Shown one piece after another: positions 1-14,732 of a stretch of DNA of 64,000 bases (its first letter is position 1; every line of letters begins with the position of its first letter). Origin of the DNA: Schmidtea polychroa (taxonomy: Eukaryota); assembly GCA_044892525.1 (NCBI GenBank), contig CM097885.1, positions 18,974,001 to 19,038,000 of the forward strand, in the 5' to 3' direction. Made by a program: the position numbers and the translations under genes. The notes under the pieces were generated by a model, which did no database searches, was not told the origin of the DNA, and saw only the letters and a list, made by a program, of their open reading frames with translations.

Positions 1-2103
1 CCATCTCCAAATCCAACGCGCACACAGACGCGAATTAACGTCAGGATTGACCAAACCTCTTTTCTATAAATTTTTGTTTCAATTTATTGAATTTAATTTC
101 TAGTTAAGACATTATTGGATCTTGAAAAAAGCAGTGCCTAAAATTTGTGAATATCAAAAAAACATAGATATATTTACTGATTCATAGTCAAGCTTTTTAT
201 TCTCTTAATTAAACATATCTTTTGACAAGACATTATTGAGACATCTTAAACATTTCAAAAACTTCAACAAATTTTTAAATAGTTTGGAACTTATTTCCGT
301 AACAGCATAATAGTTGTGATCTTGTGATAAAAATAAAACTTATGAAGCGGAGTTTCTTATTCTGATCAAGAACACGAAGAATTGAATCCTCAACTCTTTC
401 CTACTTTTCCTTTCTGTTTCCCTCTGCAATATTTTAATAAGATTAAATTCAAGTTGAATTTAAATTTCATAATTTTAAAATCGAAATTAACAATTGACCC
501 CAAAGCATTTTTGAAATGTTCATTGTAGTCGTTAAATTTTGGTTCAATACAATTGAAAACGAATAAAAAGTGAAATATTCGGCGGTTTCAAATTTTTATA
601 GATAAAAAATCGATCTATAGTTGTAATGAAAATAAATGACATATTTATAAATGACAACGAAAACAAATAAAATTCAATAACTACATCTCTATAAATAAAT
701 ACTGATTGTTAATAAATTTTTGACCTTGTTGAGATAATTTCTTTCTCGAATTAATCTGATACATGATTCGTTTTACTCATTAAATATCCTTTGCCTTTGT
801 TTTTTTTAATTTCTTACCATCGTTCATAATATTAAATAAACGAAAAGATTGCATGCAAAAAGGATCAAATGTCTAGAAATCCTAAAAAAAACATTACATT
901 AAGTCTGAGAGGCTGTTGAATGTAATTAAAAGATTTGCAGATCGTAGCGGGTAAATATCATAAATGCATTGAAGCGTGATCTTGTTGTTGAGAAAAACTC
1001 TTTGAATATCATTTTTCAATACAACCGAAATCAATAAAAAAATTTTTTTGCAAATAAATTTGACTTAGACTTTTAAATTTATTATTCTAAAATAATTTTT
1101 ATAATATTAATTAATCTTTTAAAATTAATAATTTAAAATATAAATTAAAAAATTTATAAAAGATTTTTTTTTATTTATTCAAATGGATTTGTTTCGTGAT
1201 TGCATCACTGTCTCGAGAAAAGTTAAAACAAAAATTGGAATTTCTTCAAATTTTGCCAGACTTCGACGATTGTTATTACTGTAATTGTGATCACAGATTT
1301 TCTTTTATCTAACCAGTTTTAGTTGACAGGAAAATGACTAAATTTATTACATAAGATTAAATCTCTCATGACAAATTTACACGTTAAAATATTAAATCAA
1401 ACGTCAAATTTGGGAATTTTTCAAAAAAATAATAAATTCATTAAGATTTAAATTGTAAAAATTAATATTATTAAAAAATTAAATTTATTGAAAAAATACT
1501 AAACATTTTTTTATAAGCTGCGAGGAGAATTTGTCTCACAATTACAGCCATTTTTGGTGATCTATATGAAATTTCAAACAAACACTTGAAAAGGCAATAC
1601 CGAAAATTTGTGTTCAATAAATACAAATATTATTCTAACACCCGAAAAAAGAAATTGAAAATATTGATTGTAATAAACTTTACTTTATAATAATGATAAT
1701 AACAATAATAATAATTATAAAAAACACTATTATAATAATATCTTAATAATTTTATATTTTAATAATTATTATCCAAACCAATTAAATAATAAACTTTTCC
1801 ATAAAATCCAATTCTTCGGAGTAAAAATAAAATTTTTTTTTAATTTTCATAATTCATTTGAGATTATTGAAAAATATGAACAAAATCTGACTATGATTTG
1901 TAAAACACAAAAAATAATCTTAAAATCCCCAAAGAATAGAAACCATAATTTTCATAACATATTTGAGTTTATGATAATATATAAAATATAAATGCAAACA
2001 GATTAGAATTAATTATTAATCAATATTTTTGTAAAAAAACCATCAAAGAAATGTATTGATTTTTCAAATTTGTTTTCACTATTTATTTTTCTTTCCTCAA
2101 ATC

Positions 2104-2548
<445 letters not shown>

Positions 2549-2769
2549 AGTATTATAAAAACTTTTTTTTTCAAATTTCACAAATGATTTCTTTTCCATT
2601 ACAATTGGAATATAGCAGATTAGTTTAGATCATTAGTTTTCTATTTTAACCCTGCTACCATATTTATTACAAACCTCATTTGATACGTAATAATCCTTGA
2701 ACTAGCACAGAAATAATAAAATTAGTGGAGCCAAATTCTTTATAATCAATAAGAAAGATATGTAGGATT

Positions 2770-2953
2770 TTTTTTCTCAACATAACTTCCTTTAACAATG
2801 ATGCACTTTCTCCAATGGTCCACCATTGATTTGAAAGCCATTTCGAAGAATTCTAGTTCCATCACAACATTTTCTTTTAAAATCATGCTTTAATTCAAAT
2901 ACTTTACATTTCAAATCTTTCTTCAGATAATCGAACAACCAAAAGTCACTAGT
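2770..2953 (-). mobile_element. mariner transposase C-terminal remnant
   Basis: Minus-strand translation across a frameshift: SDFWLFDYLKKDLK...FFEMAFKSMVDHWRKCIIVKGSYVEKK, matching the mariner (P)SDFxLF..LK and W.KC...G.Y.E motifs. Confidence 0.7.
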
Positions 2954-3178
2954 TTTCTCTGCTATCCCAAATTCAAATTATAAAATTATAACTTTTTTCT
3001 TGAATTATGGAGTGATTATAATTTTAATAATTTATTTTTGATTAATAATCTTCAGTTATTTTATTTCTTGGTGGTCATTGTATTATTGAGCATTAATGAC
3101 AATTTGTTAAATGTATCGCCCCAACTTTGTCATTATGTGTAAAATAGTTATTCTGAAAATTCTAAATAAATATAAAGA

Positions 3179-4430
3179 TAGCGTGACCAGACGATTTTCA
3201 AAATTATACGGGATAAAATTTTAAAAATTTAAAATGAAAAATATTAATAAATGCTTATGAATAACAACTTTATTTGACGTATTTATCAGAGGACATTATA
3301 TTTTCCAAAAATTCAACATTTCCTTTTGTCGCTGCATAGAATTGAGTACAATTTACCTCTGAGTTGTAGTTTCAACATCAAATCTGTTTTTCTCATCCTT
3401 CCACGCTAGATTAATGAAAGAAAAAAATTCTCTCTACGTTACACGAGGTTCCTGGCAATGAAAATGCACTCTTTTCCATGTTAACCAAACCGAGTTGATT
3501 GTTCACGAAAGTGAGTAAAAATATTAATCCATATTTTCTCAACAGTAAATTCTTCATCTGCATACGATGACAACTTATCTTCAACAAATGACTTCATGAG
3601 AACATATTCGTCAAAAAGAATGTCTCTACCGATGATTGATTTAATTTTATCTCCATACTTGTCAGCAACGTATTCAAACGACTCATCAACTTCCCTTCAT
3701 TCTGCGACTTTTGCCATGAGCATCCACATAAAAATTTGCAATCCATCAAACGACGATTCCCACAATTCGATATAGTCAATTATTGCCTCGTAGAAGTCTG
3801 AAATTTGCTTCTTGATTTTTACATGAAGAGCATTGTTAAATTTCTGATATTCAAGTTGAGATTCTCGAGGCATAAAAAAGAAATCTTTTCCATTCTTTTT
3901 CTTCCTTTTTAATCTTGTCATTTCTTTAGGAACTTCGAAAGATGCGGTCCGCGTAAATTCAATGTTTTTAATCGTAGAGTTAAAATATTTCAGCTGATTT
4001 ACTACTAACAACATCCAGAATATTTCAGCTGGATTCTTGAAGAATCGTGAACCTGTTGGAGAGCATTTTTTAATGACAAAAAGTATTGCTTCAAAGGATC
4101 ACAAAGCTCAATGAATCGATTAAAAGCCGGCTCTAATGTCAGAAATCATGTTAATGAATGTTTTTGTAGAGGCTTGTAACTTTCATCCTTAAAGTCTTAA
4201 AGGTTTCTGTTCGAACCGTATATAAACTGAAATGTTTGCAAATCTTAACAACAAGAGCTTCCATGTCAATGTCAAGAATTTCAAATCCAGCATTTGATGC
4301 GTTATAAGCAATATGAGTTACACATCCATTACCGATTATTTGTGATGAAGAAAAGTTTGAAGATGCCTCCATACGTTCTTTTGACCATTTCGATCGATTC
4401 CGCCAAAATTAAGATTCTCCTGCAAATGTT
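3179..4430 (-). mobile_element. hAT transposon remnant with degraded transposase
   Basis: CxxH motif (GCVTHIAYN) in ORF 4151-4372; dimerisation-domain-like SLPGTSCNVER..INLAWKDEKNRFDVET at ~3370-3470; TAGCGTGACCAGACG at 3179 resembles TAGGGTGACCAG-type hAT termini; stops and frameshifts. Confidence 0.8.
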
Positions 4431-5390
4431 GTTCCTCGATAAAACAGAGATAAAACAGTGCAAGTAAACAATGACAAGTAATTTAGTGTATATTTAGTAT
4501 ATTTCATATAATAAAAAAAACTTTGATTTGTCGTTTCCAAACAAGACAATAATTAAGGATGTCATACTAAAGAGATAATTTATATATGTTAAAAGTTGTT
4601 ACTGATAATCTAGTAATCAGCCACTGTATATTTAGTATCAAAAACATTCAATTAGTATGTTATGCTTTATAATTATTATTTACCATTTTCAAATGAATTC
4701 TTTTTATTTCTTTATAATTTCTTGTGTAGTAAACCTTTTGAGATTTCTCAAAATTTTTTGTTCCGACGAGAAATGAAACAAATAAAGAACAGACCCTAAA
4801 TATTGATATCTAATAAAATTATAAAAATTATCAAATAAATCAATGTTATGAAATTATTTAAAAAAAATTACAATTAATTTAAAAATAAAAAAATAAAAAC
4901 TTTATAAATACAAGCAATGTTTGGTTAGTATTTCACTTATTATTATTAGTTAAAACAATTTTTTACTTAATATTTAAAATAATTATAAAAATATCAGAAG
5001 ATAATCAAATTCAATGATAGTAAATTTTTCAGTTTCCTTAACTCATTTATTATTGTGATTTTTCTATTAAATCTTTCCATCTGTAAAATCCTTCACGCCT
5101 AGTCTATAGAATGGTGTTTCCTGCTTTTCAACAGACCAAGACGGTAAATAATAAACATATTTTCGATATGACATAATCATGTCAATATCACCAAATAAAA
5201 TAAATCAAAGAGTGAATAATTTGAAAATGAATTGAAATAAAGATTTTCTACCGATACAATTGGTGAATTTAAATAAAATTTGATTTAAGTCAAACAAAAC
5301 TTTTACAAGTAAAAGATTTTATTTTAAATTCTCGCTGATAATTTATTTTAAAATTCAAATAAATATATAAGTCTTTTTCTACAGTGTTTA

Positions 5391-5430
5391 TTAACACTAG
5401 AACTGCTATTACGTCAAAATGACGAATTTC
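5391..5430 (+). mobile_element. piggyBac-like terminus (orphan)
   Basis: TTAA-CACTAGAA followed by GTCAAAATGACG, typical of piggyBac ends; no nearby partner end found. Confidence 0.4.
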
Positions 5431-5724
5431 ATTATTTGTGGTTTAAATTTATTAACACCTTATAAATTGATCTTCCTTAATTGCTACTTTTCCTCTTTTA
5501 ATGTTTCAGAGATATTATGTCATTAATTGATTTCTTTTATCCCTGTAATAAATACAAAATCGTAGTTTTGTTTGGTTTGTCGATGAAATATAAAATAAAT
5601 AACTACTGATCTAATTCCAAGCGTGCTTTATCTGATAACAATAACAGTGAATTTCAGGCAATAGACGCTTTTATTGATCAGCACAAATAATTATAACAAT
5701 TGCAATAAACAGGATGAAGTGTGC

Positions 5725-6290
5725 TCCATGACTCATTGTTTTTGTCATTTTTGCCCTCCGATGACTCATCACGATGACGCATCAAGACCACATGACTCAT
5801 CGATGACTCACCAAGATCATTCTATTTTAATAACTACGTCAAGATATTTCTATTTTTAGTAACAGATCACGTGACTCATCAATGACTGATCAAGGACATT
5901 CTATTTTTAGTAACTAGGCCATATGACTCATCATCTATTTTAGTAACAAAGACAAAAGACATCTATTTTTAGTAACATTTTGGATCTTTTTTTAGTAAAA
6001 TTTTTGATCCGATCACTGATCCTATGACTCATCAAGGTAATTAAAGTACACATAACTCATCATTTTTAAACAAAGACATTTAAACAAAGACATATAGACA
6101 TTTAAATAAAGACATATAGACATTTAAATAAAGACATATAGACATTTAAATAAAGACATATAGACATTTAAATAAAGACATATAGACATTTAAATAAAAA
6201 CAATGACTAATCAATGACTCATCGTTTAAATGGGGGGTACTTTTTTTGTGCGCATACTCCCCTTTGTATGACTCATTGATGACTCTTCCT
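5725..6290. repeat. Cluster of ATGACTCAT-like motifs plus a 22-bp tandem repeat
   Basis: About a dozen exact or near (A/G)TGACTCA(T) motifs, repeated TCTATTTTTAGTAAC, and ~5 copies of TTTAAATAAAGACATATAGACA at ~6080-6198. Confidence 0.85.
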
Positions 6291-6389
6291 TTTAGAACAA
6301 AGACAATGCATCATTTATTTTTGAAACAAAGACTTATCACACGATTCATCGTCTATTTTTTAGAACAGAACTCCACCAGAACAAAGATG

Positions 6390-6735
<346 letters not shown>

Positions 6736-6736
6736 A

Positions 6737-7913
6737 CTAGGGGCTCTGCCCCTGTTCGCTTCGCTTCACCAATCCCATTAGAACGCTGGAAATAATAGCG
6801 GGAAAATGATAATCATATCACGTTTGATGAAAGGAACGAAGCGGAGGCGTTACGTAAGAATAGTACATCTATGTTATTAGAGTTTTTTAAGTTAAACATG
6901 ATTGATGAATTTAGTCGAACACATACATATGATAAACTTCCTATACACTATAGGTTGGTTGAAACATCACCTAGGGTATTCAAGAAAATAGAACGGGCCG
7001 TAAAAACAATAAGTCGATTCCCTGCTGTATTCCCAAAAAATATTGAAAAATTTCATTTGAAGCTTTTACTTAGAGTCCAACGGGGCATTACATCTTTCAC
7101 TGGACTTAGGACCGTTGATAGTATTGAATATGCCACAATAAAAGAGGCAGCGATCGCGCTCAACCTGGTAAAAACTAATGAATGATTCCATGCAATGATG
7201 GAAGAAGCTTGTCAAAGTCTTATGCCTAAGCAATTAAGGCATTTATTTGCATATTTGGAGTCGAGGGTATTGATGGAAATATTCTATGGTAAAAATGCCC
7301 CACAATACATACACTGATTATCTTGGCCACTCAAACTAAGCATGTAAGGCTAGATATTTAATGGTTTTACTTTCAATCTGAACGTACAGCATTTAAATCC
7401 ACCATTTTGAAGTTCATTCCCCCACAATAGATGCACATAGTCCATGTCGCCCATATCAAGGTATTCAACTTCTTCAACTATAAATATTGATTTTTTTTCA
7501 GTGGTATTTTTAATTTTTTTATGATTTATTTATTCTTTTATACTTATCGTTTTATATTACTTTGAAATGGTTTATGTTATTATCTTTTATCATAGTTATG
7601 TAAACATATTAATAAACTGAATTTTATTCTTGTCTAACAATACCCTGGATATTAACTTTAACATAAACCCCACGTTATAACGGGATTAGTGAAGAATAAA
7701 AAAGAATAAAAAATAAAATAAAAAATAATTAAAAAACTAACAAAAATATTAAAAAAATATATATAATAAAAAAAGTAAAAAAATAAAAAAAAAATAAAAA
7801 AAACCAAAGAAAAACCAAAAAAAAGCCAAAAAATAATAATAATAAAAAAATATATAATAAAAAAAGTAAAATTCGGATGGAGGGAACCCTTAGCTTTTTT
7901 ATATATAGAGAGA
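6737..7913. mobile_element. Helitron copy 1: termini on the minus strand, RepHel fragment on the plus strand
   Basis: ORF 6871-7185 (EKFHLKLLLRVQRGITSFTGLRTVDSIEYATIKEAAIALNL, then MPKQLRHLFAY) matches the conserved Helitron RepHel region. Minus-strand 5' TCTCTCTATATA at 7913 and hairpin+CTAG 3' end at 6737 match the element at 51202-51504. Confidence 0.85.
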
Positions 7914-8054
7914 TTATTATTATAATTATTATTATTATTATTTTAATTATAATTATTATTATTATTACTATTATTATTTTGAATGTCATATTATTATTTT
8001 TTCAAAGTAATATTATTATTAATGTTTTTATTATAATTATTATTATAAAATGAT

Positions 8055-8200
8055 GATTTCTTGGTAGCAGCATTTATTATTTAAAACAATAAAATGATAA
8101 TTTAAGCCTTTTGCTGCAAATAATGTATTTAATGAAAGAATTTTCGACTAAAAGATAGTCCCTTGTCAAGATAGTCGATTGACAAGGACTATCTTATAAC
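8055..8200. mobile_element. Foldback/MITE family copy (TTTAAAACAATAAAGTGATAATTTAAGCC... arms)
   Basis: Same sequence recurs at ~10605-10640, 30834-30856, 31200-31337 and 46947-47130. Confidence 0.7.
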
Positions 8201-8440
8201 GTATCTCATCGTTACATTTCTACGAATCAAAAGTTTGTATGTGCTTTTTAATGTGTTGCGTTTGTGTGCAGTTTTTAATTTTTCTTCCACTTTTCAGATT
8301 TATATAGTATAAGATGTATCTCATTGAGCTAAAAATGAGAACATCAACGTGAAATCAAAGTATTTATGTATGTTTCTATAATGTAAGATTATTGATTTTT
8401 TTGTTATATTATAGGAAACGGTTCTCAGTGGTGTTTGGTG

Positions 8441-8760
8441 TATAGATTGTTACAATTTTATTTACAACATGGAATGAAATTAAAAAAATGTACATAATAT
8501 CATAATATTTCATCAAAGACCGTTTATGAAGGGTTATATTGAAAATAATATAACAATGAGAAATCTATCAAAGAAAAATAAAGATGGTTTTGGAAACATG
8601 ATGTACAAATTATTAAATAATTTTGTCTTTGATAAAACTATGAAAAATACTGATAAATATGTAAATATTAGTTTATTAGAAATTCTTAAGAAGATATGAG
8701 AAGATATAGAAAAATGATATCAAAACCATCATTTAAAAATTGTGAAATCTACTCCAAATC
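8441..8760 (+). pseudogene. Polinton/Maverick-type protein-primed DNA polymerase B fragment (palm region)
   Basis: Translation with one frameshift: YRLLQFYLQHGMKLKK/VHNIIIFHQRPFMKGYIENN...YKLLNNFVFDKTMKN...MISKPSFK, matching the KLxxNSxFGKTMEN PolB motif region. Confidence 0.75.
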
Positions 8761-8777
8761 TATGAGACATTCTAAAA

Positions 8778-10313
8778 CAGTGTCGGGCAACCCGTGTGCC
8801 GCCAGCACCCTGGGGTGCCACGAGAAGTTTTGAAAACTATTTAGAATTGCTAGGGTTTTCAAAAATTTCAAAATGATTTAAAGTTGCTAATTTTTTCAAT
8901 TTAAGAATATTCCACTGTCGTCAAAAACGATTGTGAGACGAATTGAAGATTTGTTGGATGACATTGATTTACAGTTGAATGAATGTTTCAATGATCCATC
9001 AAGAAAATGGGCGATCCACCTTGACGAAAGCACTGATATCAGAAATAAAGCTCAGTTACTATCATTTTTGAGATTTGTACGAGGAGGAATGATTGTGAGT
9101 GATTATTTCTTTTGTCAAGAATTGAAACAATCAACAACTGGTGAGGACATCTTTGAAATACTGGATGCAAATGTGAAAAATACCATTTGAAATGGGAAAA
9201 TTGTGTGAGTGTATGCACAGATGAAGCTCTTGCAATGCAAAGCAGCAAAAAGTGATTCGTTTCTCACGTTGTCAAGAAAAATAAAAGCGTCAAAATTGTT
9301 CATTGCATGACCCACAGAGAAGTTCTGGTTTCAAAAGCTCTTCCTTCAATTTTCAAAGATACTCTTAATGAAGTCGTCAGCGTGGTCAATTATATAAAAG
9401 CAAATGCTTTTCGATCAAGAATTTTTGCAGCTTTATGCGAAGCAATGAATTCGGATTACAAAACTTTGCTTTATCACACCGAAGTTCGATGGCTGTCAAA
9501 AAGAAAAGTTTTGAATCGATTTCTATTTATGAAAGTTGAAAGTGATTCATTAATCAATCACGAAGAAGTTGATTTTTCATTCCTGAAAGAAGATATTTGG
9601 TGGCTACGAGTTTCTTTTTTGAGCGATATTTTCGACAAACTTAATGATTTAAATTTGAAATTGTGAGGAGCTGAAGAAAACATTATCACTGAGATTATGG
9701 AGTCTAAAAGTCAGCAAATCAATCTTTTAATACTTTACGACTGTTGACTCGATTCCTTCAAAGATTCAAGCAAGAAATTGGAGATACTATGTACTCTTTG
9801 TCAGATTCATTACTCAAGTAATTTTCCAATCTCAACGTTACTGAAATGGAATAGGTTGTCAACTTATTTGCGGAGAGTGAAGCCATCAATCTTGAAGAGG
9901 AGGTTGAAGAAAACATGATTGATTTGAGAAATGATTTGGTTTTCAAAAGAATCTTTGCAGAAAAAGAGCTGTCTGAGTTCTGCATATCTTTAAACAACAA
10001 ATTTACGCGATTGCGAAGTAAAGCAATAAAATTATTGTTGCAATTTTGAAGCTCTTATCTTTGCAAGCAGGGCTTTCGGCACTCACAGAAATGAAGTGAA
10101 AAAAGCGTGAAAGACTACAAAAGGATCGATATAGAAATGCGTGTTTGTCTTACAAAAATTGAGCCTCGTATCAACCATATTTGCGCGAAAAAGCAATCTT
10201 AAATTTCGCATTGAACCAAAATAGAATTTAATTGTATTCAATTCATTACTTGTAAATAAAAGTTTATTCTAAGATTTTATTTAGGGATGCCTCGAGAAAA
10301 GAAAATTGGCAGT
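8778..10313 (+). mobile_element. hAT Charlie/Buster-like element (ZBED8/SCAND3/FAM200-type transposase), degraded, 3' TIR missing
   Basis: 5' end CAGTGTCGGGCAACC after TTCTAAAA; motifs LDESTD, VCTD, HCMTHRE, LLYHTEVRWLS, FDKLNDLNLKL; stops and frameshifts. Confidence 0.9.
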
Positions 10314-10639
10314 AGGTAGTTAGTAGCTCCCGGCAGCACGACCATCCAGTACCCACAGGGGGGTCTGCTGCCGTAATTTTATTTGCTTTTTTGGTTACGT
10401 AACTGCTGCCGTAAGCTACACTTATTTTTTCTGGGATTTCAATAGAAAAAAGGTCCTATAGAAAAAAAAGCCATGTCTCCTTGGTCCTGGGATTTTCAAT
10501 ACAAAATCCGACTATCACTAAAAAAGCATGGATATTTCTAAGTAAATTAAGGTGGGTCTCCTTGGTCCTGAGAATTTCATTACAAATATCAGTCTACCCA
10601 CCCAAAGCAAAAGGCTTAAATTATCACTTATTTGTTTTA

Positions 10640-10777
<138 letters not shown>

Positions 10778-11033
10778 TTAGATTTATGAAGAATAAATTA
10801 ATTTTTCAATAAATTTGTTAATTTCAGCAAATTTACGATTTATTGAAAACATAACTTAGAGATTATTTATAATATTAATAAATAGATAAATAGATAAACT
10901 TGCAGTGAGTATGTAACTAACCACTTTTAATATTAATAATAATAATAATAAATTGTTAATATAATTTATTTTTATATGCATATATATTATCATGTAGTTT
11001 TCAGTGAGCATGCAACTACCACCGTCTGATAAT

Positions 11034-11035
<2 letters not shown>

Positions 11036-11111
<76 letters not shown>
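11036..11111. repeat. (AAT)n microsatellite
   Basis: Direct. Confidence 0.95.
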
Positions 11112-11289
11112 TATCAAATATTATTATTTTATGAAAATAATACTGGCTTATATGAATAATATTCTGTTAGTATAATAATTATTATCAATAGGTGATTAAT
11201 ATTGTTTAATTTTTATAAGGTTTTTTAATAAATATATATAGCATTTTAGTCCTTTTAAAGCGTAACGTAATTCATTCGTACGATAATTA

Positions 11290-11900
11290 TTTAAGTGAAT
11301 TGAATTTTGACCCATTAGTGGTTGCCCCTTGAATTTGTGCGACATACCCACATTTCAAAGAAAAAATAGTGAGTTAAATCTGACTATCAGTGTCCTAACT
11401 TATAGAAAAAGAGCCGTTAAACCTATTGAAAATGAATATAGTAATTATATTTCGAATCACCCTCAATTAGATATTATTCACCGATCTAAGGTTAATGACG
11501 GTGAACCCTTATATTTACTTTTATTAGAAAACGGTGCTAATTTTCATTACACCGCAGTTTTTGATTTACAAAAACTTATGAATTCATGTCAACTGGTGTC
11601 CCCATTATCTTAACGGCTTTAGACATAAAAGTGCATTTGATAATCATGTCGCCTTATGCACCAAAAACCAGATAGGAACAACACTATATTCCCTACCTAA
11701 AAATAAATTTCAAATTCCAAAATTATGCAAAACCGTATCACCGCCATTTGTGATATATGCGGACTCTGAGGCAATATTGGCAAGCGATATCACCCTGTTA
11801 TCTGTGTAAAGAATTCATACTTGATAGAGTTAGGGATCATTGTCTATTCTCAGGTAAGTATCTCGGTGCTGCTTATAGGAACTGTAATGTTTCTAGACGA
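11290..11900 (+). pseudogene. Polinton/Maverick-type PolB N-terminal fragment with exonuclease motif and endonuclease-VII-like zinc motif
   Basis: LNFD..P....DIPTFQRKN, LLLL....HY, PFVIYADSEAIL (ExoI-like), then CYLCKEFILDRVRDHCLFSGKYLGAAYRNCN; internal deletions and frameshifts. Confidence 0.75.
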
Positions 11901-12893
11901 ATTCAGATGAAAATATTTATTTGACCTACATTAACCTTTAGTGACCTACATAAAAATACTAGAAATTTTAGAAAAACTTAAACTCAAAATCTTCTATTTT
12001 GAAACAATGGAAGAAATTAAATTAAAATTAAATCTTCAATTATTATGACATTTTAAAAGCATATTAAAAATCTTTACACTAAAACAAAATAGAAAATTTA
12101 AATCATCAATTTAAAATTTAACAAAAAGTTTCCAGTGAGTCTCATTAACTGCGCTATTTTTCTTCATTTTCCCAAATGTAAATAAATATAGGAAATTTGA
12201 TGCAGAAGTTGATAAATCCGATTTTCTCTCAACAGTCACTAACATTAAGAAAACCTTTTATGAAGTTAAATTTAAATTAAAATATGATTTTTTGAAAATA
12301 CAATTTAATTGAAATAAAATTTTTATTTAAATAATTTTAAAAAATTTTCAAAATATTATTTTGTCTTTTGCTGAATTAAAAAAAGTTAAATCGAATTTAT
12401 TCATAGAATTAATAAATTTTCCTATCATTAGTTTCAATGTTTAAAATCAAAACCAAATCTTTTTATAATTAAAATTTATTTTTCTGTCGGACAAATAAGT
12501 TAACTAAAAAGGACCACGAAAGGAGATTTGGATTTGAAATGTTTTGCTTACTGATGACCATAGATATGGAGAGGAAAGCGAAAGAATATTTAGATGTGTA
12601 AGGTTCGTTAACAATATGTCAATAATTTGTTTAAGATTTAACACATGTTAAATATCAAAAGAGTGATCTATAGTTTATAATATAATGAAGATAGAAATAA
12701 TTGAAAAAAGAAAATAAAAGGTTGGAAAAGATAAAATATTTTTCCGATAATAATACTAATAATAATATTAAACAAGGAAATGATAAGATAAACATTTTTA
12801 AGGCTATATTATTATTTACTTGTTTAACATTTAATTAATGCTGTTACCAAGAAACCATTATTTTAATATTAATAATAATAATATTAGAAGAGC

Positions 12894-13098
<205 letters not shown>

Positions 13099-13656
13099 GA
13101 TAAGTTAAAGTTAGATTGAATATTCGAATCTTAGAAAGCAACATTTCTTCACAAAAACATTTACATTATAACAAAATTGTCATTATAATAAAGATAAGAA
13201 GTGAGTCCCATTAATGAAAAGTTAAAATCCTTTAGTGTCACAGGAAACATACATATTTACACTTTACTCAAGAATTATCAGTTTCCAAGAAATCTTACTC
13301 AACTATTGTTTCTTAAACCTCAAGCCGCCAGACCCACAATAATGCTGAATTATTTATATAAACAAAAGCCTATACCCCTCTAATAAAGATATTTATATTT
13401 TTGTTACTTATCTTGAAATGGTAAATATTAAAAATTTCATAGGAAAAAACTTTCAACAAAATTTCAAGTGAAATTACAATAATTCATGAAACATTTAACC
13501 ATTTTTCAACTTATGAAATAATTAAACAATTACTGCTTTTTCATGAGTATAAGTCGAACTTTTTTACAATTTACAAACGACTTATTCGCAGCAAACAAAA
13601 TACGCGATTCAGACATAAAAAATGCTGCAGAAGACTATAAAAATGTTAGCTGTGCT

Positions 13657-13935
13657 CAACGTTCCCTCTAAGAATGAGAGGGTCTCTATGTGAAAAACCA
13701 AAGGTGAGACCACCAAATTACCAAATGTGCAATTGCAACAAAACCTTTACACTGAAACAAAATCGGTGACTTATCATTCCTAGTTGATGTTATCTTTTAA
13801 TTTCATTTCTGTTTTAATTTTAGAAAGTTGGTTTGATCTAATGATTTCTGGCGTGCGCTATAGCTTGTGATAACTGCACAGGACTTTAAAAACTCCTGCG
13901 TGGCGGGGCACCCGCGAAGTTTAAAAGAAACGTTA
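13657..13935. mobile_element. Probable hAT-type MITE, degenerate
   Basis: Left CAACGTTCCCTCTAAG; right end reverse complement TAACGTTTCTTTTAAA; GC-rich subterminal motifs; no clear TSD. Confidence 0.4.
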
Positions 13936-13941
13936 TATATA

Positions 13942-14732
13942 TGTTGGGGTTAGAGCAAAAACAAAATAAATTTCACATGGTAACAGAAAGCAGAACAAAA
14001 ATTGGTAAAATCAATAAAAGTACAAAATTAATTAAAATTTAATGAAAATTAAAACTCAATATTGAACGGGGGGTATCGGGTATGGTTGAATGCCAAATTG
14101 TTAGACGAGGTTAGAAAGCATAATAAAAATGTAATAGGGTGATCATAGAAAAAGTTAATAAGGAAAAACAAATTAATTAAAATTAATTAATCTGTTATGG
14201 AAAGCCCGAGCCAATGGGAAACCCGAGCACTGAAGAAAACCCGATGCGCAGTGAGACCCGAGACACCAGATAAGGTAATAATAATTCGATTTATAATTGC
14301 AGGGTAAACAAATTAAAATAATTGTCAAACCTTTCAATATTAACTTAGGGTGCCCAGAAAAACAATTAATTTGAATTTGCTAGATAATTGGCCTCTTAGA
14401 CACAGTATAAAAGGAGAGCTTAGAAATGAGCAGGCCGCCATTTGGTCGAAGAGAAAAAGGAAAAAGCTAAACAGAAAATCCAGCAAGGACAAGTCAAAAG
14501 AGGAAATTTGTGAATTATAAAGAAGCTAGACTCGTACAAGAAAAGGTAATTGCCCCTTGGGTTCTATACCTTAACGAGACAAATTTGAATTGAGAGAAAG
14601 GTGCAAATAGTGACAAATTGTAATTGTGATAAAAATCAAATAAATTTATTTTGTGTTGAGTTTTCATTGATTTGGTAAAATAAGAACACGAGGAGTCAGA
14701 GAAAGGACCGACTTACAAATAAAAACTCAACA
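13942..14732 (+). mobile_element. Solo LTR inserted in (TA)n
   Basis: TGTTGGGGTT...AACTCAACA termini, (TA)n on both flanks, TATAAAAG at ~14406, AATAAA at ~14639, internal ACCCGAG repeats. Confidence 0.8.

Noticed and set aside
12545..12605. CTGATGA followed by a hairpin, possible hammerhead
   Set aside because: GAAA does not directly follow stem II and stems I/III are unconvincing.
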